Assembly: GCA_016192455.1 (NCBI GenBank) | Contig: JACPUC010000011.1 | Location: forward strand, 1-64,000 | DNA length: 64,000 nucleotides | DNA from: Candidatus Tectimicrobiota bacterium | Lineage (GTDB): Bacteria > JACPUC01 | Reading direction: 5' to 3' | Part shown: positions 40,747 to 51,272 of the stretch, piece by piece | Layout: each line of letters opens with the position of its first letter | How positions within the stretch are numbered: the stretch's first letter is position 1 | Translations under genes and position numbers: made by a program | The notes under the pieces: model-generated | Told to the model about the DNA's origin: nothing | Seen by the model: the letters and a program-made list of their open reading frames with translations, nothing else | The model's database searches: none

Positions 40747-41733
40747 TTACGACAGGCCCAGCAGCTTCTGCGCCGTGCCGCCGAGGATGGCTTGCTGCTC
40801 CGCCTCGCTGAGACCCAGGTTGCCCACCGACTTCATGGCCCCGGTGAGGTCGCCGATGCCGAACGGATAGTCGCTCCCCAGCACCATGTGATCGGCGCCG
40901 AAGAGGGCATGGGCGCAGCGCATGGCGGGATCGTAGAAGGAGACCGTATCGACGTACGCCCGGCGGAACGACTCCATCGGCGGCGCCTTCAGGTTGTTGC
41001 GCACCTCCGCGTAGTGGTAGCCGCGGTTCAGGCGTTCGGCGAGGAACGGCAGGGCGCCGCCCAGATGCGGGAAGACCACCTTCAGGGTGGGGAGCTGCTC
41101 GAAGAGGCCGTTGTACACCAGGGTGGTGAACAGGAGGGTGGTCTCGAACATGTAGCCCACCAGGGCGCCCAGGTGGTAGCGCGTCATCATCGGGTTCGCG
41201 GCCGGCAGGTTCGGATGGATGAAGATCGGCACGTCCAGCTCGGCGGCCCGCCGGAAGAAGGGGACGAAGCGCTCCTCGGCAAGCGAGACGCCGTTCACAT
41301 TCGAGAAGATGCCCACCCCCAGGAGGGCGCATTCCTTGACGGCGCGCGTCAGCTCCTCGCAGGCGGCATCCACATCCCGCAGCGGCACGCTCGCCAGACC
41401 GGCCAGGCGCCCGGGGTAGTCGCGCTGCACGCCGGCCAGGTAGTCATTGATGCGGCGCGCCATGGCGACGCCGTCGTCGAGGTCCATGAAGCTGATGCCG
41501 GGGCCGCCGAAGGTCAGGACCTGCGCATCGAGACCGGCGCGGTCCATCTTGCCGAGGCGGCTCTGCGGATTGAGGAGCGGCTCGCCGATCGGCCCGAAGT
41601 CAAAGCCGCGGTAGTAGAAGAAGGTGCGTCCCTGCTCGTCGCGCTCGTAGCGAAGGCCGTACTTCTCGCCATACTCATCCAGGTACTCGAAGTATGGCTC
41701 GAACCAGAAGTGGCTGTGGAAGTCGATGCGCAT
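40747..41733 (-). CDS. Amidohydrolase_2 family protein (ACMSD-like decarboxylase/hydrolase)
   Basis: IDFHSH, IFIHP, HLGGALPF, GSDYPF. Confidence 0.9.
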   Translation of the reverse strand: MRIDFHSHFWFEPYFEYLDEYGEKYGLRYERDEQGRTFFYYRGFDFGPIGEPLLNPQSRLGKMDRAGLDAQVLTFGGPGISFMDLDDGVAMARRINDYLAGVQRDYPGRLAGLASVPLRDVDAACEELTRAVKECALLGVGIFSNVNGVSLAEERFVPFFRRAAELDVPIFIHPNLPAANPMMTRYHLGALVGYMFETTLLFTTLVYNGLFEQLPTLKVVFPHLGGALPFLAERLNRGYHYAEVRNNLKAPPMESFRRAYVDTVSFYDPAMRCAHALFGADHMVLGSDYPFGIGDLTGAMKSVGNLGLSEAEQQAILGGTAQKLLGLS

Positions 41734-42306
41734 GATCTCCTCCCCCCGCTGGGCTTGGAACGTGGCTCCAAAGGCGTTCACCGGGCACGCGCGGCAGAAG
41801 CGCGCCGCACCTCGGAGCTGGCGCCTGCGCCGAGACGTCCTCCGCCGGGCAGGCCACGCACCGCCGCGGCGATGCCTCCGCGCGCCGTTCCACGAGTAGA
41901 GAGCATTCGCGGCTTGATCGCCGGCGCAAGCGGCCGGGGCACCCGCGCCCTCGCCCGCCCCGCGTCCGCCAAAGGGCGGCCCGGTGAGAGGACAATACGA
42001 GCCTGGCGCCGGGCTGTCAAGACATCCGGCGGCGCGCCCGACGACGACGAACGCGCCTACTCCCCGCGGCTCACGGGGGCGGCAAGGAATAGCCGGACAG
42101 GCGCCGTCGTTCTAGAAAAGGGTTGCGTAAGCACGGTGGTGCCTCTGGCGGTGGCTGTTTTCTATTCTATCTTCGAAGCGGTATCATGAGGTCTCGCGCC
42201 GCATGGGAGGCGCCCACCGCGAAGGAAGGAGGGGCGCCGCTGCGGGGCGAGGCTTGCAGCCCTGACACATTCCTGCACGCACAAGTAGAGAAGAGGAGAG
42301 ATCGAC

Positions 42307-42417
42307 ATGGGGAACTGGTGGAGCCTTGGCCTCGGCATCGCGCTGGTGGTCGGCGTGCTGCTCCTGCGCTGGCGCCTGGGCGTCGGCTGAAGCGTCGACC
42401 CGAAGGACTCCGTGTGA
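42307..42417 (+). CDS. Membrane micropeptide, candidate selenoprotein (27 aa, or 36 aa with Sec at 42388-42390)
   Basis: AGAGGAG RBS; MGNWWSLGLGIALVVGVLLLRWRLGVG-TGA-SVDPKDSV-TGA; SECIS-like hairpin after the first TGA. Confidence 0.6.
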
Positions 42418-42424
42418 GTCGTTC
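42402..42424 (+). promoter_or_regulatory. Putative bacterial SECIS element
   Basis: GAA-G-GACTC[CGTGT]GAGTC-G-TTC; 20 nt between TGA and loop. Confidence 0.5.
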
Positions 42425-42427
42425 TTA

Positions 42428-42625
42428 TCCTCTCCTTGCATCTCTGCGATCTCTGCCTCTCTGCGGTTCAATGGAGTGCACCGCCGAGACGCAGAGGGCG
42501 TCGAGGAAGCGTGATCCACGGATCGAGACGCATTTGCACGCCGATCAGTGGCCATCAGTGCTTACCAATGGTTCCTGGCGTCCCGCTTGGAGGGACGGTT
42601 CGCGAACCGCCCCTACGGGCGATGG
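42428..42625 (+). repeat. Family B repeat, partial
   Basis: CTCTGC..GGTTCAATGGAGTGCACCGC..GAGACGCAGAG plus REP hairpin. Confidence 0.7.
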
Positions 42626-43002
42626 TATGCCTGCCGGGCCTCGGCTTCATCCCTCGGTGACGGCAGCGCGCGGGTCGCGCCCGGTCGCCGGCATCTCCCC
42701 TCCACCGCGCCAGTAGCTCCTCGCTGCCACTCCTCGCTCTTCCCACGAACGAGCCGGCTGCGTTGACAGAACGCCGCCGCTGCTGCACCATTTGCTTCGT
42801 CCAGGTGATGACGTATCCGGTCCCACGGCAAGGAACAGGTCGTCCACCGTTCCAGCCTGCCGCGGCGAGCGGGTCTTCGCGGGCCGCGGTGCGCGGCGTT
42901 GCTCCATGGTTCGCACCGGGAGCCCGGAAGCCCGCGCCGCCCGGCGAAGGCATGCCTGGCCGGTCCTTATTGTTCAGCGAAGCATGACCACGAGGGGCAT
43001 GT

Positions 43003-44910
43003 ATGGCCACAGCACCCAGCCACAGTATCGACGCCTTGCTGGAAGCGCAGAAGGTGTACCAGCCGCCGCAGGCGATCCTCGCCCAGGATGCCATCATCAA
43101 GGATTGGGACGCCGAGTACCAGCGTTCGATCCGGCAACCCGAGGCCTTCTGGGAGGAGGAGGCCCGCGCCTTCGAATGGAGCAAGCCCTGGGAGAAGGTC
43201 CTGGAGTGGAACTATCCCTACGCCCGCTGGTTCGTGGGCGGGCAGACCAACATCACCATCAACGCCCTTGACCGCCACACTCGCACCTGGCGCAAGAACA
43301 AGGCGGCCCTCATCTGGACCGCCGAGGACGGCAGCGAGCGCATCCTGACCTATGGGCAGCTCCTGCACTGGGTGAACAAGACCGCCAACGCCTTGAAAAA
43401 CCTTGGAATCGTCAAAGGCGACCGCGTCTGCATCTACATGCCGCTGACGCCGGAGGGGATCATCACCATGCTGGCGTGCGCCCGTCTCGGCGCCATCCAC
43501 AACGTCGTCTACGCCGGCTTCAGCCGCCAAGCGCTGCGCGACCGCATCGTGGACGCCCAGGCGAAGCTCCTCGTCTGCGCCGACGCGAGCTGGCGGCGCG
43601 GCAAGGCGGTGGACTTGAAGGCGATCGTGGATGACGCCGTCGCCGGCCTCGACGTGGTGGAGACCGTCCTCGTGCACCGCCGCCGCCAGCCGAAGATCGA
43701 GCTGAAAGGCAGGGAGCGCGATTTCACCGACCTCGTCAGCGCCGCCTCCCACCACTGCGAGGCCGAGGTGATGGACGCCGAGGACCCGCTCTTCATCCTC
43801 TACACCTCCGGCACCACCGGCAAGCCGAAAGGCGTCGTCATGGTGCACGGCGGCTACATGGTCGGCACCACCTACCACGCCAGGGCGTTCTGGAACCTCG
43901 GCGACAACGACGTCTACCTCTGCACCTCGGACATCGGCTGGATCGTCGGCCACAGCTACATCGTCTATGCGCCGTTCTGCCTCGGCGTCACCTGTCTGGT
44001 GCGCGAAGGGGCCCCCGACTACCCCGACCCCGGAGTTTTCTACCGCCTCATCGAGCAGTACGGCGTGACGCGCATCTTCACCGCGCCGACCCTGGTGCGT
44101 ATGCTCATGAAGTACGGCAGCGACCTGGCCCGCCGCTACGACCTCTCCAGCCTGCGTCAGCTCACCTGCGCCGGCGAGCCGATGAACCCCGAAGCCTGGG
44201 AGTGGGCTTACGCCCATATCTGCGGCGCGGGGCACGCCTGGATGTGCGACAACATGTGGCAGACCGAGACCGGCGGGCCGCTCGTCTGCAGCCCCCTCAC
44301 CAAGCCGGGAAAGCCCGGCTGGTGCGGCCTGCCGACCATCGGCACGGTCGCCGACGTGGTCGATGGTCAGGGAAACTCGCTGCCGCCCGGCAAGGGAGGC
44401 AACTTCGTCATCAAGAACCCCTGGCCGCACATGTTCCGCACCGTCTTCGGCGACGCCAGCCGCTACGAGGAGTACTGGACCACCTTGCCGAACTGCTACA
44501 TGACCGGCGACATCGCCACCAAGGACCACGACGGCTACATCATGTTCCTGGGGCGCTCGGACGATGTCCTGAACGTCGCCGGGCACCGCATCGGCACGGC
44601 TGACGTGGAGAGCACCCTGGTGAGCCACCCGGCGGTGGCCGAGGCGGCGGTCATCGGCAAGCCGGACGAAATCCGCGGCGAGGCGATCAAGGCGTTCGTC
44701 ACCCTGGTCGCCAGCGAGAGCCCCTCCGAGGAAATGCGCCGGCAGCTCGTGCGCCACGTCCAGGAGAACCTCGGGCCGATCGCCGCACCGTCGGAGATCG
44801 ACTTCGTGGACAAGCTGCCGAAGACCCGCAGCGGCAAGATCATGCGCCGCTACCTGAAGGCCCTCGAACTGGGCGACGACCCGGGCGACCTGTCAACGAT
44901 AGAGGATTAG
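43003..44910 (+). CDS. acs: Acetate--CoA ligase
   Basis: YTSGTTGKPKG, WQTETGG, GRSDD, LPKTRSGKIMRR. Confidence 0.95.
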   Translation: MATAPSHSIDALLEAQKVYQPPQAILAQDAIIKDWDAEYQRSIRQPEAFWEEEARAFEWSKPWEKVLEWNYPYARWFVGGQTNITINALDRHTRTWRKNKAALIWTAEDGSERILTYGQLLHWVNKTANALKNLGIVKGDRVCIYMPLTPEGIITMLACARLGAIHNVVYAGFSRQALRDRIVDAQAKLLVCADASWRRGKAVDLKAIVDDAVAGLDVVETVLVHRRRQPKIELKGRERDFTDLVSAASHHCEAEVMDAEDPLFILYTSGTTGKPKGVVMVHGGYMVGTTYHARAFWNLGDNDVYLCTSDIGWIVGHSYIVYAPFCLGVTCLVREGAPDYPDPGVFYRLIEQYGVTRIFTAPTLVRMLMKYGSDLARRYDLSSLRQLTCAGEPMNPEAWEWAYAHICGAGHAWMCDNMWQTETGGPLVCSPLTKPGKPGWCGLPTIGTVADVVDGQGNSLPPGKGGNFVIKNPWPHMFRTVFGDASRYEEYWTTLPNCYMTGDIATKDHDGYIMFLGRSDDVLNVAGHRIGTADVESTLVSHPAVAEAAVIGKPDEIRGEAIKAFVTLVASESPSEEMRRQLVRHVQENLGPIAAPSEIDFVDKLPKTRSGKIMRRYLKALELGDDPGDLSTIED

Positions 44911-44982
44911 GGGGGATGAGGCAGGGAGATCGTGGCGCGAGGGCGATACGTGGCTCACCCACGCCCCCTGTCCCCCCGAGCC

Positions 44983-45010
44983 GTAGGGGCGGTTCGCGAA
45001 CCGCCCCCAC
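44983..45010. repeat. GTAG-type REP palindrome
   Basis: GTAGGGGCGGTTCGCGAACCGCCCC; other copies near 6300, 29111, 40491, 42589, 52858 and 57265. Confidence 0.85.
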
Positions 45011-45124
45011 GATTAGGGCTGCGCCTACCTGCCGCCTGTTCGCCGTCAGGCGGGGCAGGCAGGCGAGGGGGCAATGCTCCCTCGCTTCAAAACCTGCCCC
45101 TGCTCTGAAGCGGGGCCGGCGCCT

Positions 45125-45652
45125 CTACGCCCCTAACCACCCTTTCCCTTGCCGCAGGCCGCGCAGGTAGGCGATCTGGCCGGCGTGCTGCAGGTTGTCG
45201 CTGAGGATGCTGATGAGGCGCACCCCCACCGTCGGCAGGGGTTGATACTGCGGCTCGTTCAGCTCGCGCCCGAGGCCCGCGTCCGAGAGCGCGGCGAGGT
45301 AGCCTTTCGAGCGCTCGTAGACGGCGCGGTGGTAGGCCAGGAGCGTCTCGGCGTCGGCGGCCTGGAAGCGGGCGACCTCGTCGCTGCCGTGGCCGAAGCC
45401 GATGTCCTGCGCGTCCGCCGGGCGGTCGAACTTGGCGTGCCAGCCGTCGCTGAGGTAGAGCTGCGGCGCGTCGAGGAGCGCCGCGATATGGTGATCCTGC
45501 ACCCGCGTCAGGTGCCAGGCTAGCCAGCCCATCGAGTTGCCGTCCGGCCGCGGCTGCCAGCGTAGGTCCTCCGGCGACAGGCCGGTCAACGCTTTTCTTA
45601 GAATCTGGTAGATGCGCCCATAGCCATCAACAAGCAGCTCCTGCCACCGCAT
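45125..45652 (-). CDS. DinB/YfiT-family (thiol transferase-like) protein
   Basis: NSMGWLAWHL..D..QHAGQIAYLRG. Confidence 0.85.
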   Translation of the reverse strand: MRWQELLVDGYGRIYQILRKALTGLSPEDLRWQPRPDGNSMGWLAWHLTRVQDHHIAALLDAPQLYLSDGWHAKFDRPADAQDIGFGHGSDEVARFQAADAETLLAYHRAVYERSKGYLAALSDAGLGRELNEPQYQPLPTVGVRLISILSDNLQHAGQIAYLRGLRQGKGWLGA

Positions 45653-45874
45653 CGCTTCCGCTCTCCTTCCACTATTGCGTCTGGATCGCCTCTCCGCCCC
45701 TCCGGACCGGCTTTCCTGCGATCCGGCCTGGAAGTGCGACCGGGCGGCCGGCCTCCGCCAGCCACCCGGCTGCCTGCACGTCGCCACCCTGGAGGGAGCA
45801 ACGCTCGCCCACGCCTCTCCTCCCCTGCCGGTTGCAGAACGCCGCGGCGGATTGAAGGGGCGCCGACTGCTCCG

Positions 45875-46903
45875 CTACTTCATCTTCTTCATGCGCTCGG
45901 TGGCGGCTTTGATCTGCGACAGATCGGTGTACTTGCGCACGTCGATGGTCCCCTTCGTGATGCCGGTCTCCTGGAGGAGATTGACGTTGCGCTGCAGGGC
46001 GTCGAGATCAGGGATGCCGTTGGGATCGTGGTAGAAATCCTCCTTAGTGAGGAACCACTCTTCAAAGGCGGAGCGCGGTTGCTTGCTCACCTTGGCGGTG
46101 ATGTCGAGGGCCTCGTTGCGGTTCTTCGGATCGAGCCACCATGCCAGGGCGCGCAGCCAATCATCCCAAAAATCGCGCAGCACCACCTCGTTCTTCTTCA
46201 AGAACTCGGGGCGCATGACGAGGATGACGAACTGGTTGCGCCCGGTGGCCTCGGTGCCGGTGAAGATCGTTTTTAGGCCGCCCTTCTTCTTGGCGATGGA
46301 GTAGAACGGCTGCACGAGGACGCCGGCGTCGATCTTGCCCTCGCGCAGGAAGGTCTCGATGTGCGGGAAAGCGACCTCCACGACCTGATAGTCCTTCTTG
46401 AACGTCATCCCGTGCTTCGCCATGACGGCCCGCATAGCGGCGTCCACCCCGGCGCCGAAGACGTTGATGGCGATGGTCTTGCCGCGCAGGTCTTCAACTT
46501 TCTTGTAGCCGGATTTCTCCGTCACCATCCAGGGGATCGCCATGTAACCCGGCACGCCGTCCTGGAACAGGTCGGCCACGACGCGCAGGTCGAGCTTGGC
46601 GTTCATGATGGCATTGGCGAAGCTCGAAAAAGCCAGCGACGCGCCCTCGAGCTCGCCCGCCGCCAGCGCCTGAATCTGCGGCGAGCTGCCCTGGAAATGG
46701 AAGTACTCCACAACGTAGGACTTGCCGTAATTCTTCAGGATGTCGGTCTTCTGGTACAGCATGATGTTCCAGTCCACCGGCGCGACGACGTAGCCCATGC
46801 GGATTTTCAGGGGTGCGGCCTGGAGCTCGCCCGCCGGCATGGCGAGGAGCGCCAGCACAACGACGAGAGTGAGAATACACGCGCGCCTGACCTGTCGGTT
46901 CAT
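45875..46903 (-). CDS. NitT/TauT ABC substrate-binding protein
   Basis: Signal peptide; ALAAGELE; DLRGKTIA. Confidence 0.88.
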   Translation of the reverse strand: MNRQVRRACILTLVVVLALLAMPAGELQAAPLKIRMGYVVAPVDWNIMLYQKTDILKNYGKSYVVEYFHFQGSSPQIQALAAGELEGASLAFSSFANAIMNAKLDLRVVADLFQDGVPGYMAIPWMVTEKSGYKKVEDLRGKTIAINVFGAGVDAAMRAVMAKHGMTFKKDYQVVEVAFPHIETFLREGKIDAGVLVQPFYSIAKKKGGLKTIFTGTEATGRNQFVILVMRPEFLKKNEVVLRDFWDDWLRALAWWLDPKNRNEALDITAKVSKQPRSAFEEWFLTKEDFYHDPNGIPDLDALQRNVNLLQETGITKGTIDVRKYTDLSQIKAATERMKKMK

Positions 46904-47277
46904 CGGTCCTCCTCCTCAGATGATGCTGACGGATGACGGATGGGGCCGGCCTGGGTGCGGGGCGAGGCCGCTGCGATCCTCCCCCGGGAAGTGCGCCGGC
47001 ATCGCCACGGTGGCCGTGGCTGGCATTATGGGAAACGTGGCGAAAGATTGTCAATGCGGTCGGCGGGCCTGGCGGGGAACAACGAGGCTGGGAAGTAAGG
47101 GGACACCTGCACAACGTGAACGACGGTGCCCCTGCGGCAGCCGACGCCGAGCCGGGGTGGGCGCGGGCGCGGCCGCCTCAGGAGAAGCCGCGCTGCGCCC
47201 CTGGACCTTGCACCGCAGGCGCGGGCCGTGGCGCGCCGGGGGGACCGACGCGCCGGCCAGGACCGCCGCAGGCCGCT

Positions 47278-50001
47278 TCAGGCGTCGCCGGAAGGAGCCG
47301 CGCCCGCGGCCGGCGGTTGATCGGGAGCACTTGCCGCGGGCGTCGAGGGGGCTGCATCGGGTTTCTTGATCCCGGCCGCGCGGCCAGACCTGCGCCTGGG
47401 GGAGCGCGGGCGCGCCGCCGCGCCGCCGCGCGACCCGGCGGGTGCCGCCTCCCCGCCTTGCCGGCCGGCTGCCTTGGGGGCCGAGCCCTCGCCCGCCGCG
47501 CCCTCTTCCGCCTGCGGCGCGCGGCTGGCTGCCGTCGCGGGGGCCTCGCCTGCCGCCGGCGGCGACGCCCTTCTCGAGCGTGGCGGCCGTCGACGGGGGC
47601 GCCTGGCGGCAGCGACTTTCTCCCTGGCGCCTGTCGCCTGATCTGATGCGGGCGCCTGCTCGGCGGCAGGGGTGTCCGCGGTTGCCGCTTCCCTCGTTGG
47701 AGGCTGAGGAGCAGCGGCTGCTTTCGGCTTCAGCGGCGGCCGCGCCTCGGCTGGGGGTGTGGCGCCGCGCTGCTTTGGACCCCCCTCGCCGGGGAGGGCC
47801 ACCGAGGTTGCCTCGATCACAAACGGGGCGCTGACGCGGCGATCCGGGCGCACCGGCCGCTGCCCGGTCGGCTGCGTGGTCGGCGCCTGCTGCGCGGCCG
47901 CGGCTACCTGCGCCCCGCCGGGCAGGCCAACCTGCCGCGTCTCCGCCGCCGTGGCGCCGCGCGCCGGCTGCTGGGCGACCTTGGTGGGCGCCTCCGCCTT
48001 GGCCTGCGCTGGGGCGGCTGGAACGGGGCGCGGCGGACGTTGGACGCCTGGCCGGGGAGGACGACGCTCTCGTCCCCTCCCCTCTTCTCCTCGGCCGCGC
48101 GGGCGAGGCGCGGAGGGTCTCTCAGGGCGCCTGCCGGCAGCGGACGGGGCGGCAGTTCTGCCCGAGTTCGTGCCGCCGGCAACCTCCGCTTTCTCCGCCT
48201 CCTCCGCGGCGGCCGGCTCGCCCGCCGCCCGCGGCCCGAGGCCCGCGCGTCCATTGCCCTGCGCCGCCTCCTCCGCCTCGCCCTTGCCGCGCCGACGCCG
48301 CGACCGCCGCCGCCCGCCACGGCTGCGCCGCTTGCGCTTCTCCGCCGCAGCTGCCTCCTCCCGCGCCTCGCCGGCGGGGACCGCCGTCACCAGCGCCTCG
48401 CTCTCCTGCGCCTCGCCGGCCACGGCCTCCGCCCGCGCCGCGGCGATCTCCACCTGTTCCTTCGGCAGCCTCTCCTCCGCCGCGGCGGCCTCTTTCCCTT
48501 TCTTCTCCTCCCGCGGCGGCTGCTTTACGTATTCCCATTGAGGCTCGCCGTCCTTCAGGCCTGGCGTCCCTTCCAGAATGATGGTCATGCCGTGGTCGCG
48601 TTCGATCTGATTGAGGTCCTCCCGCTTCTGGTTCAGGAGGTAGCTGGCGATCTCCGGGGAGATGCGCCCGCGGATGAGCTGGTAGGTGTTCGTCGTGGCG
48701 GCATCCTGGAGCTGCCGCAGGATGGCGAGGGCCGCGGATTCGCGCGACTTCACCAGGCCGCTCCCCTGGCAGGTCTGGCAGGTGACGTACGAGCCTTCCT
48801 GGATGGCGGCGCGCATGCGCTGGCGCGACAACTCGAGCAGGCCGAACTTCGAGATGCGCGACACCTGCACCTTCGCCTTGTCTTTCTTCAAATCCGCCCG
48901 CAGGACACGCTCCACCTCGCTGCGGTGCTCGGCTTCGTACATGTCGATGAAGTCGATGACGACGAGGCCGCCGAGGTCCCGCAAACGGAGCTGGCGGGCG
49001 GCTTCCACCGCCGCTTCCAAGTTGGTGGTGAGCGCGGTCTCCTCGATCCCCCGGGCGCGCGTCGCGCGGCCGGAGTTGACGTCGATCGAAACCAGGGCCT
49101 CCGTCGGCTCGATGACGATGCTGCCGCCGGACCTGAGCAGCACCTTCTTGTTGTAGATCGCCTCGATCTGCGGCTCGATCTTGTGGTGCGAGAAGATCGG
49201 CTGCCGCTCGCTGAAGAGCTTCACCCGCCGCAGGTAGCGGGGCATCACCATCTTGATGAACTCGCGCGTCTGGCGGTAGACCTCCTTGTCGTCAATGAGC
49301 ACCTGCTCGATGTCCGGCATGAAGTAGTCGCGAATGGTGCGGATGATGAGGTCGCGCTCTTTGTAAACCAGGGCGGGAACCGTCTTCTCCTGGGCGCTCG
49401 TCTCGATGGTCGTCCAGAGCTTCACGAGGTAGTTGAGGTCGCTGGTGATCTCGGTCTTCGTGCGTCCCAGGCCGGCGGTGCGCACGATGAAGCCCATGTT
49501 CTTCGGCGGCTCGAGCTGCGTCAGAATCTCCTTCAGTTTCTTGCGCTCCGCCTCGTCTTCGATCTTGCGCGACACGCGCGTGGCGCCGCCGATATGCGGC
49601 ATGAGAACGAGGTAGCGCCCCGGCAGCGAGATGTGCGTGGTGAGCGCCGCCCCCTTCGTGCCCATAGCTTCCTTGACAACCTGGACCATCACCTCCTGCT
49701 TGCGTTTCAGCACCTCCTGGATGCGGGGATGCCCGCCGGGCCCCAGCGCCGCCCCCGGCCTGATGTAGTACTTCGGATGCACGTCGCCGATCGGCAGGAA
49801 CCCATCCCGCACGCCGCCGTACTCGACGAAGGCCGCCTGAAAACTGGGCTCGATCTTGACGATCTGCCCCTTGTAGATGTTGCCCTTGATCTGCTCGCGG
49901 CTGGCAGTCTCGGTGTAGATGTCCTCGAGAACGCCGTTCTCGACCACGGCGACGCGACTCTCTTCTTCGTCGCGCGCGTTAATCAGCAGCAGTTTTCCCA
50001 T
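47278..50001 (-). CDS. rne: Ribonuclease E/G
   Basis: GNIYKG, KGAALTT, DVNSGR, LRDLGGLVVIDFIDM, CQTCQG; long disordered Arg/Ala/Pro-rich C-terminal half. Confidence 0.95.
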   Translation of the reverse strand: MGKLLLINARDEEESRVAVVENGVLEDIYTETASREQIKGNIYKGQIVKIEPSFQAAFVEYGGVRDGFLPIGDVHPKYYIRPGAALGPGGHPRIQEVLKRKQEVMVQVVKEAMGTKGAALTTHISLPGRYLVLMPHIGGATRVSRKIEDEAERKKLKEILTQLEPPKNMGFIVRTAGLGRTKTEITSDLNYLVKLWTTIETSAQEKTVPALVYKERDLIIRTIRDYFMPDIEQVLIDDKEVYRQTREFIKMVMPRYLRRVKLFSERQPIFSHHKIEPQIEAIYNKKVLLRSGGSIVIEPTEALVSIDVNSGRATRARGIEETALTTNLEAAVEAARQLRLRDLGGLVVIDFIDMYEAEHRSEVERVLRADLKKDKAKVQVSRISKFGLLELSRQRMRAAIQEGSYVTCQTCQGSGLVKSRESAALAILRQLQDAATTNTYQLIRGRISPEIASYLLNQKREDLNQIERDHGMTIILEGTPGLKDGEPQWEYVKQPPREEKKGKEAAAAEERLPKEQVEIAAARAEAVAGEAQESEALVTAVPAGEAREEAAAAEKRKRRSRGGRRRSRRRRGKGEAEEAAQGNGRAGLGPRAAGEPAAAEEAEKAEVAGGTNSGRTAAPSAAGRRPERPSAPRPRGRGEEGRGRERRPPRPGVQRPPRPVPAAPAQAKAEAPTKVAQQPARGATAAETRQVGLPGGAQVAAAAQQAPTTQPTGQRPVRPDRRVSAPFVIEATSVALPGEGGPKQRGATPPAEARPPLKPKAAAAPQPPTREAATADTPAAEQAPASDQATGAREKVAAARRPRRRPPRSRRASPPAAGEAPATAASRAPQAEEGAAGEGSAPKAAGRQGGEAAPAGSRGGAAARPRSPRRRSGRAAGIKKPDAAPSTPAASAPDQPPAAGAAPSGDA

Positions 50002-50465
50002 TCAGGGTTCCTTCAGGAGTTGGACCACAGCCCACACGAAGCCAACAACTTCGTTGAAGAAAGAAGCGGCGGGAGCTGGAAGTCAAAGGTGAACACGCAG
50101 GGGAGAAGGGGGTTGCGCCAGACAATGGGTGTCTCTTCAGAAACGGAGTCATATGCCAAGTGTACATACTATACACCATCCGCGCCTCACCTGCAAAGGA
50201 AGAAGCAATCCCGACGGCAAACCCCGCCCGGCGCCCCGGCCGCATCGCCGCCACGGCCGCGACGCCTTCGCGCCGGCAGTCGCCAAGCGCGCCGCGCCAT
50301 GCTAGAGTGGGAGGGAGCGGGAGGGCGGACCTGCCGCCCGCGTCCCCCGGTGCGCCAGGCGCGCCGCATCATTGCCACGTGCCGGGCGCGGGCCGCGCAA
50401 CGGAGACGCCTCAAGGTCTCGGGGCTGCGTGAGCGCGACGGGCCCCGCTCGCCGCTGAGGGTGCC

Positions 50466-51272
50466 ATGCCCGGTGAACTCGCCATGCCCGCCGCGCCGCC
50501 GCAGCGCTACCACGTGCGCGCCCGCGTTGTCGCCCATGAGCCGCTGGGGGGCAAGTACCGCCGCATGGTGCTCGAGGCCCCGCAGGTGGCGGCTCATGCC
50601 CGCCCCGGGCAGTTCATCCACGTCGACTGCTCGCAGGGCTGGGTGCCATTCTGGCGCCGACCGTTCAGCCTCTCGGGGCGCAGCGGCGACTGCATCTCCT
50701 TCATCTACGCCGTGGTGGGGCCGGGGACGCGGAACCTGGCGAAACGCCGCCTCGCCGAGGAGGTGGATTTCCTCGGCCCGCTGGGCAACGGCTTTCATCT
50801 CCACCCCACCGCCTCGCCCTTGATCTTCGTGGGCGGAGGCTATGGGGTCACCCCCTTCTTCTGGCTTCTCGAGCAGGCGGCCGGCCGCGCCGTCCACCTC
50901 ATCCACGGCGCCCGCAGCGCAAGCGAGCTGCTGCGCGCCGCGCCAAACGGGGCGCAGGTCATGTATACTACCGATGACGGCAGCTACGGCGAGCGCGGCC
51001 TCGTCACCGATGCGCTGCGGCGGCGGCTCAGCTCGCCCTCGGCTCGACAGGCCGCCGTCTACGCCTGCGGGCCTCGTCCCATGCTGCGCGCCGTGGCGCT
51101 CCTGGCGCGGGAGTTCGGCGTGCCCTGCCAGGTGGCGATGGAGGAGCTGATGGCCTGCGGCGTCGGCGGCTGCTTCGGCTGCGCCGTCAAGGTGCGCGGC
51201 GCCTACCGGCTGGTCTGCCGCGATGGGCCGGTCTTTGCCGCGGACGAGGTGGACTGGGATGAGCCAGCATGA
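50466..51272 (+). CDS. pyrK: Dihydroorotate dehydrogenase electron transfer subunit
   Basis: RRPFS, GPLGNGF, MACGVGGCFGC..CRDGPVF. Confidence 0.92.
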   Translation: MPGELAMPAAPPQRYHVRARVVAHEPLGGKYRRMVLEAPQVAAHARPGQFIHVDCSQGWVPFWRRPFSLSGRSGDCISFIYAVVGPGTRNLAKRRLAEEVDFLGPLGNGFHLHPTASPLIFVGGGYGVTPFFWLLEQAAGRAVHLIHGARSASELLRAAPNGAQVMYTTDDGSYGERGLVTDALRRRLSSPSARQAAVYACGPRPMLRAVALLAREFGVPCQVAMEELMACGVGGCFGCAVKVRGAYRLVCRDGPVFAADEVDWDEPA

